A DNA stretch of 64,000 nucleotides, taken from Mayamaea pseudoterrestris (lineage: Eukaryota). The position numbers were made by a program, and so were the translations under genes. Shown one piece after another: positions 60,701-64,000 of this stretch. The stretch is taken from contig BROI01000001.1 of NCBI GenBank assembly GCA_027923505.1, positions 558,001-622,000 of the forward strand, written 5' to 3'. Each line of letters opens with the position of its first letter. The stretch's first letter is position 1. Under the pieces are notes generated by a model that saw nothing but the letters and a program-made list of their open reading frames with translations, made no database searches and was not told the origin of the DNA.

Positions 60701-63700
60701 ACATCATTATTCAGGCTGCGCTACAAGATGGTATGCCTGGCTAGTGTCTCAGGGGACGGCAATGATATTGGTGACAACTTGTCACCAGTCTCAGCCTGCA
60801 GATGCCGTGACATTCAAACGCCCCTACAGCAGGCCATGTATACACCCAAATGACACCAGAATGGTGCCAACATCATTATTCAGGCTGCGCTACAAGATGG
60901 TATGCCTGGCTAGTGTCTCAGGGGACGGCAATGATATTGGTGACAACTTGTCACCAGTCTCAGCCTGCAGATGCCGTGACATTCAAACGCCCCTACAGCA
61001 GGCCATGTAGGTGCCCAAATGACACCAGAATGGTGCCAACATCATTATTCAGGCTGCGCTACAAGATGGTATGCCTGGCTAGTGTCTCAGGGGACGGCAA
61101 TGATATTGGTGACAACTTGTCACCAGTCTCAGCCTGCAGATGCCGTGACATTCAAACGCCCTTACAGCAGGCCATGTATACACCCAAATGACACCAGAAT
61201 GGTGCCAACATCATTATTCAGGCTGCGCTACAAGATGGTATGCCTGGCTAGTGTCTCAGGGGACGGCAATGATATTGGTGACAACTTGTCACCAGTCTCA
61301 GCCTGCAGATGCCGTGACATTCAAACGCCCCTACAGCAGGCCATGTAGGTGCCCAAATTACACCAGAATATTGCCAACATCATTATTCAGGCTGCGCTAC
61401 AAGATGGTATGCCTGGCTAGTGTCTCAGGGGACGGCAATGATATTGGTGACAACTTGTCACCAGTCTCAGCCTGCAGATGCCGTGACATTCAAACGCCCC
61501 TACAGCAGGCCATGAGTATACCCAAATGACACCAGAATGGTGCCAACATCATTATTCAGGCTGCGCTACAAGATGGTATGCCTGGCTAGTGTCTCAGGGG
61601 ATGGCAATGATATTGGTGACAACTTGTCACCAGTCTCAGCCTGCAGATGCCGTGACATTCAAACGCCCCTACAGCAGGCCATGTATATACCCAAATGATA
61701 CCAGAATGGTGCCAACATCATTATTCAGGCTGCGCTACAAGATGGTATGCCTGGCTAGTGTCTCAGGGGACGGCAATGATATTGGTGACAACTTGTCACC
61801 AGTCTCAGCCTGCAGATGCCGTGACATTCAAACGCCCCTACAGCAGGCCCTGTAGGTGCCCAAATGACACCAGAATGGTGCCAACATCATTATTCAGGCT
61901 GCGCTACAAGATGGTATGCCTGGCTAGTGTCTCAGGGGACGGCAATGATATTGGTGACAACTTGTCACCAGTCTCAGCCTGCAGATGCCGTGACATTCAA
62001 ACGCCCCTACAGCAGGCCATGTATACACCCAAATGACACCAGAATGGTGCCAACATCATTATTCAGGCTGCACAACATGGTATGCCTGGCTAGTGTCTCA
62101 GGGTAATGATATTGGTGACAACTTGTCACCAGTCTCAGCCTGCAGATGCCGTGACATTCAAACGCCCCTACAGCAGGCCATGTAGGTGCCCCAAATGACA
62201 CCAGAATGGTGCCAACATCATTATTCAGGCTGCGCTACAAGATGGTATGCCTGGCTAGTGTCTCAGGGGACGGCAATGATATTGGTGACAACTTGTCACC
62301 AGTCTCAGCCTGCAGATGCCGTGACATTCAAACGCCCCTACAGCAGGCCATGTATACACCCAAATGACACCAGAATGGTGCCAACATCATTATTCAGGCT
62401 GCGCTACAAGATGGTATGCCTGGCTAGTGTCTCAGGGGACGGCAATGATATTGGTGACAACTTGTCACCAGTCTCAGCCTGCAGATGCCGTGACATTCAA
62501 ACGCCCCTACAGCAGGCCATGTAGACCCAAATGACACCAGAATGGTGCCAACATCATTATTCAGGCTGCGCTACAAGATGGTATGCCTGGCTAGTGTCTC
62601 AGGGGACGGCAATGATATTGGTGACAACTTGTCACCAGTCTCAGCCTGCAGATGCCGTGACATTCAAACGCCCCTACAGCAGGCCCTGTAGGTGCCCAAA
62701 ATACACCAGAATAGTGCCAACATCATTATTCAGGCTGCGCTACAAGATGGTATGCCTGGCTAGTGTCTCAGGGGACGGCAATGATATTGGTGACAACTTG
62801 TCACCAGTCTCAGCCTGCAGATGCCGTGACATTCAAATGCCCCTACAGCAGGCCATGTATACACCCAAATGACACCAGAATGGTGCCAACATCATTATTC
62901 AGGCTGCGCTACAAGATGGTATGCCTGGCTAGTGTCTCAGGGGACGGCAATGATATTGGTGACAACTTGTCACCAGTCTCAGCCTGCAGATGCCGTGACA
63001 TTCAAACCGCCCTACAGCAGGCCTGTATACACCCAAATGACACCAGAATGGTGCCAACATCATTATTCAGGCTGCGCTACAAGATGGTATGCCTGGCTAG
63101 TGTCTCAGGGGACGGCAATGATATTGGTGACAACTTGTCACCAGTCTCAGCCCGCAGATGCCGTGACATTCAAACGCCCCTACAGCAAGCCATGTAGGTG
63201 CCCAAAATACACCAGAATGGTGCCAACATCATTATTCAGGCTGCGCTACAAGATGGTATGCCTGGCTAGTGTCTCAGGGGACGGTAATGATATTGGTGAC
63301 AACTTGTCACCAGTCTCAGCCTGCAGATGCCGTGACATTCAAACGCCCCTACAGCAGGCCATGTATACACCCAAATGACACCAGAATGGTGCCAACATCA
63401 TTATTCAGGCTGCGCTACAAGATGGTATGCCTGGCTAGTGTCTCAGGGGATGGCAATGATATTGGTGACAACTTGTCACCAGTCTCAGCCTGCAGATGCC
63501 GTGACATTCAAACGCCCCTACAGCAGGCCATGTATACACCCAAATGACACCAGAATGGTGCCAACATCATTATTCAGGCTGCGCAACAAGATGGTATGCC
63601 TGGCTAGTGTCTCAGGGGACCGGCAATGATTTTCGTGACAACTTGTCACCAGTCTCAGCCTCAGATGCCGTGACATTCAAACGCCCCTACAGCAGGCCAT

Positions 63701-64000
63701 GTATACACCCAAATGACACCAGAATGGTGCCAACATCATTATTCAGGCTGCGCAACAAGATGGTATGCCTGGCTAGTGTCTCAGGGGACGGCAATGATAT
63801 TGGTGACAACTTGTCACCAGTCTCAGCCTGCAGATGCCGTGACATTCAAACGCCCCTACAGCAGGCCATGTAGGTGCCCAAATACACCAGAATGGTGCCA
63901 ACATCATTATTCAGGCTGCGCAACAAGATGGTATGCCTGGCTAGTGTCTCAGGGGACGGCAATGATATTGGTGACAACTTGTCACCAGTCTCAGCCTGCA
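51770..64000. repeat. Satellite C, 169-bp monomer, about 72 head-to-tail copies, continues past the window end
   Basis: Consensus ATGACACCAGAATGGTGCCAACATCATTATTCAGGCTGCGCTACAAGATGG...TGGTGACAACTTGTCACCA...GCCATGTATACACCCAA. ORF starts recur every 169 bp. Confidence 0.99.

Noticed and set aside
51812..63873. Dozens of ~113-aa ORFs (MTPEWCQHHYSGCATRW...) in satellite C
   Set aside because: They result from the 169-bp period (not a multiple of 3) and two stop-free frames. Indels and stops occur freely among copies and no domain is recognisable.
46033..64000. CRISPR-like array (palindromic repeat at regular spacing)
   Set aside because: The sequence between dyads is itself repeated, so there are no unique spacers. 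There are no cas genes and the context is eukaryotic.
51770..64000. Tandem 5S rRNA, tRNA or snRNA gene array
   Set aside because: No 5S, tRNA cloverleaf or snRNA signatures and no oligo-T Pol III terminator recognised by eye. An Rfam scan would be the formal test.
46000..64000. Telomeric repeats
   Set aside because: No TTAGGG/CCCTAA-type tracts are seen in the window, so a subtelomeric position can be neither confirmed nor excluded.

Overview
Eukaryotic nuclear DNA, most likely from a diatom or related stramenopile. This is inferred from short GT-AG introns, a nuclear-encoded sigma-70 factor and a fibrillin with bipartite plastid-type leaders, and a helicase-associated repeat protein. Positions 1-45 kb hold genes, densely at first and more sparsely later: a dynamin-related GTPase, Vps2/CHMP2, PAP-fibrillin, a plastid sigma factor, GDPD, a DHHC acyltransferase, a tandem-domain IGPD, ZNF598/HEL2, a probable pseudokinase, a large acidic low-complexity protein, an HA-domain protein and a stand-alone GltD. 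From about 45.6 kb the window becomes a repeat domain. It contains a truncated Harbinger/ISL2EU-like DDE transposase and three different nucleosome-sized satellites: ~179 bp, 172/180 bp, and 169 bp running off the window end. A 5'-truncated tyrosine-recombinase gene is wedged between the last two arrays. The most notable items are (i) a duplicated IGPD whose two halves keep complementary metal-binding motifs and (ii) a layered, dyad-containing satellite domain that is a candidate centromere or subtelomere, with mobile-element fragments at two array borders. Exon boundaries were read by eye and no database searches were run.
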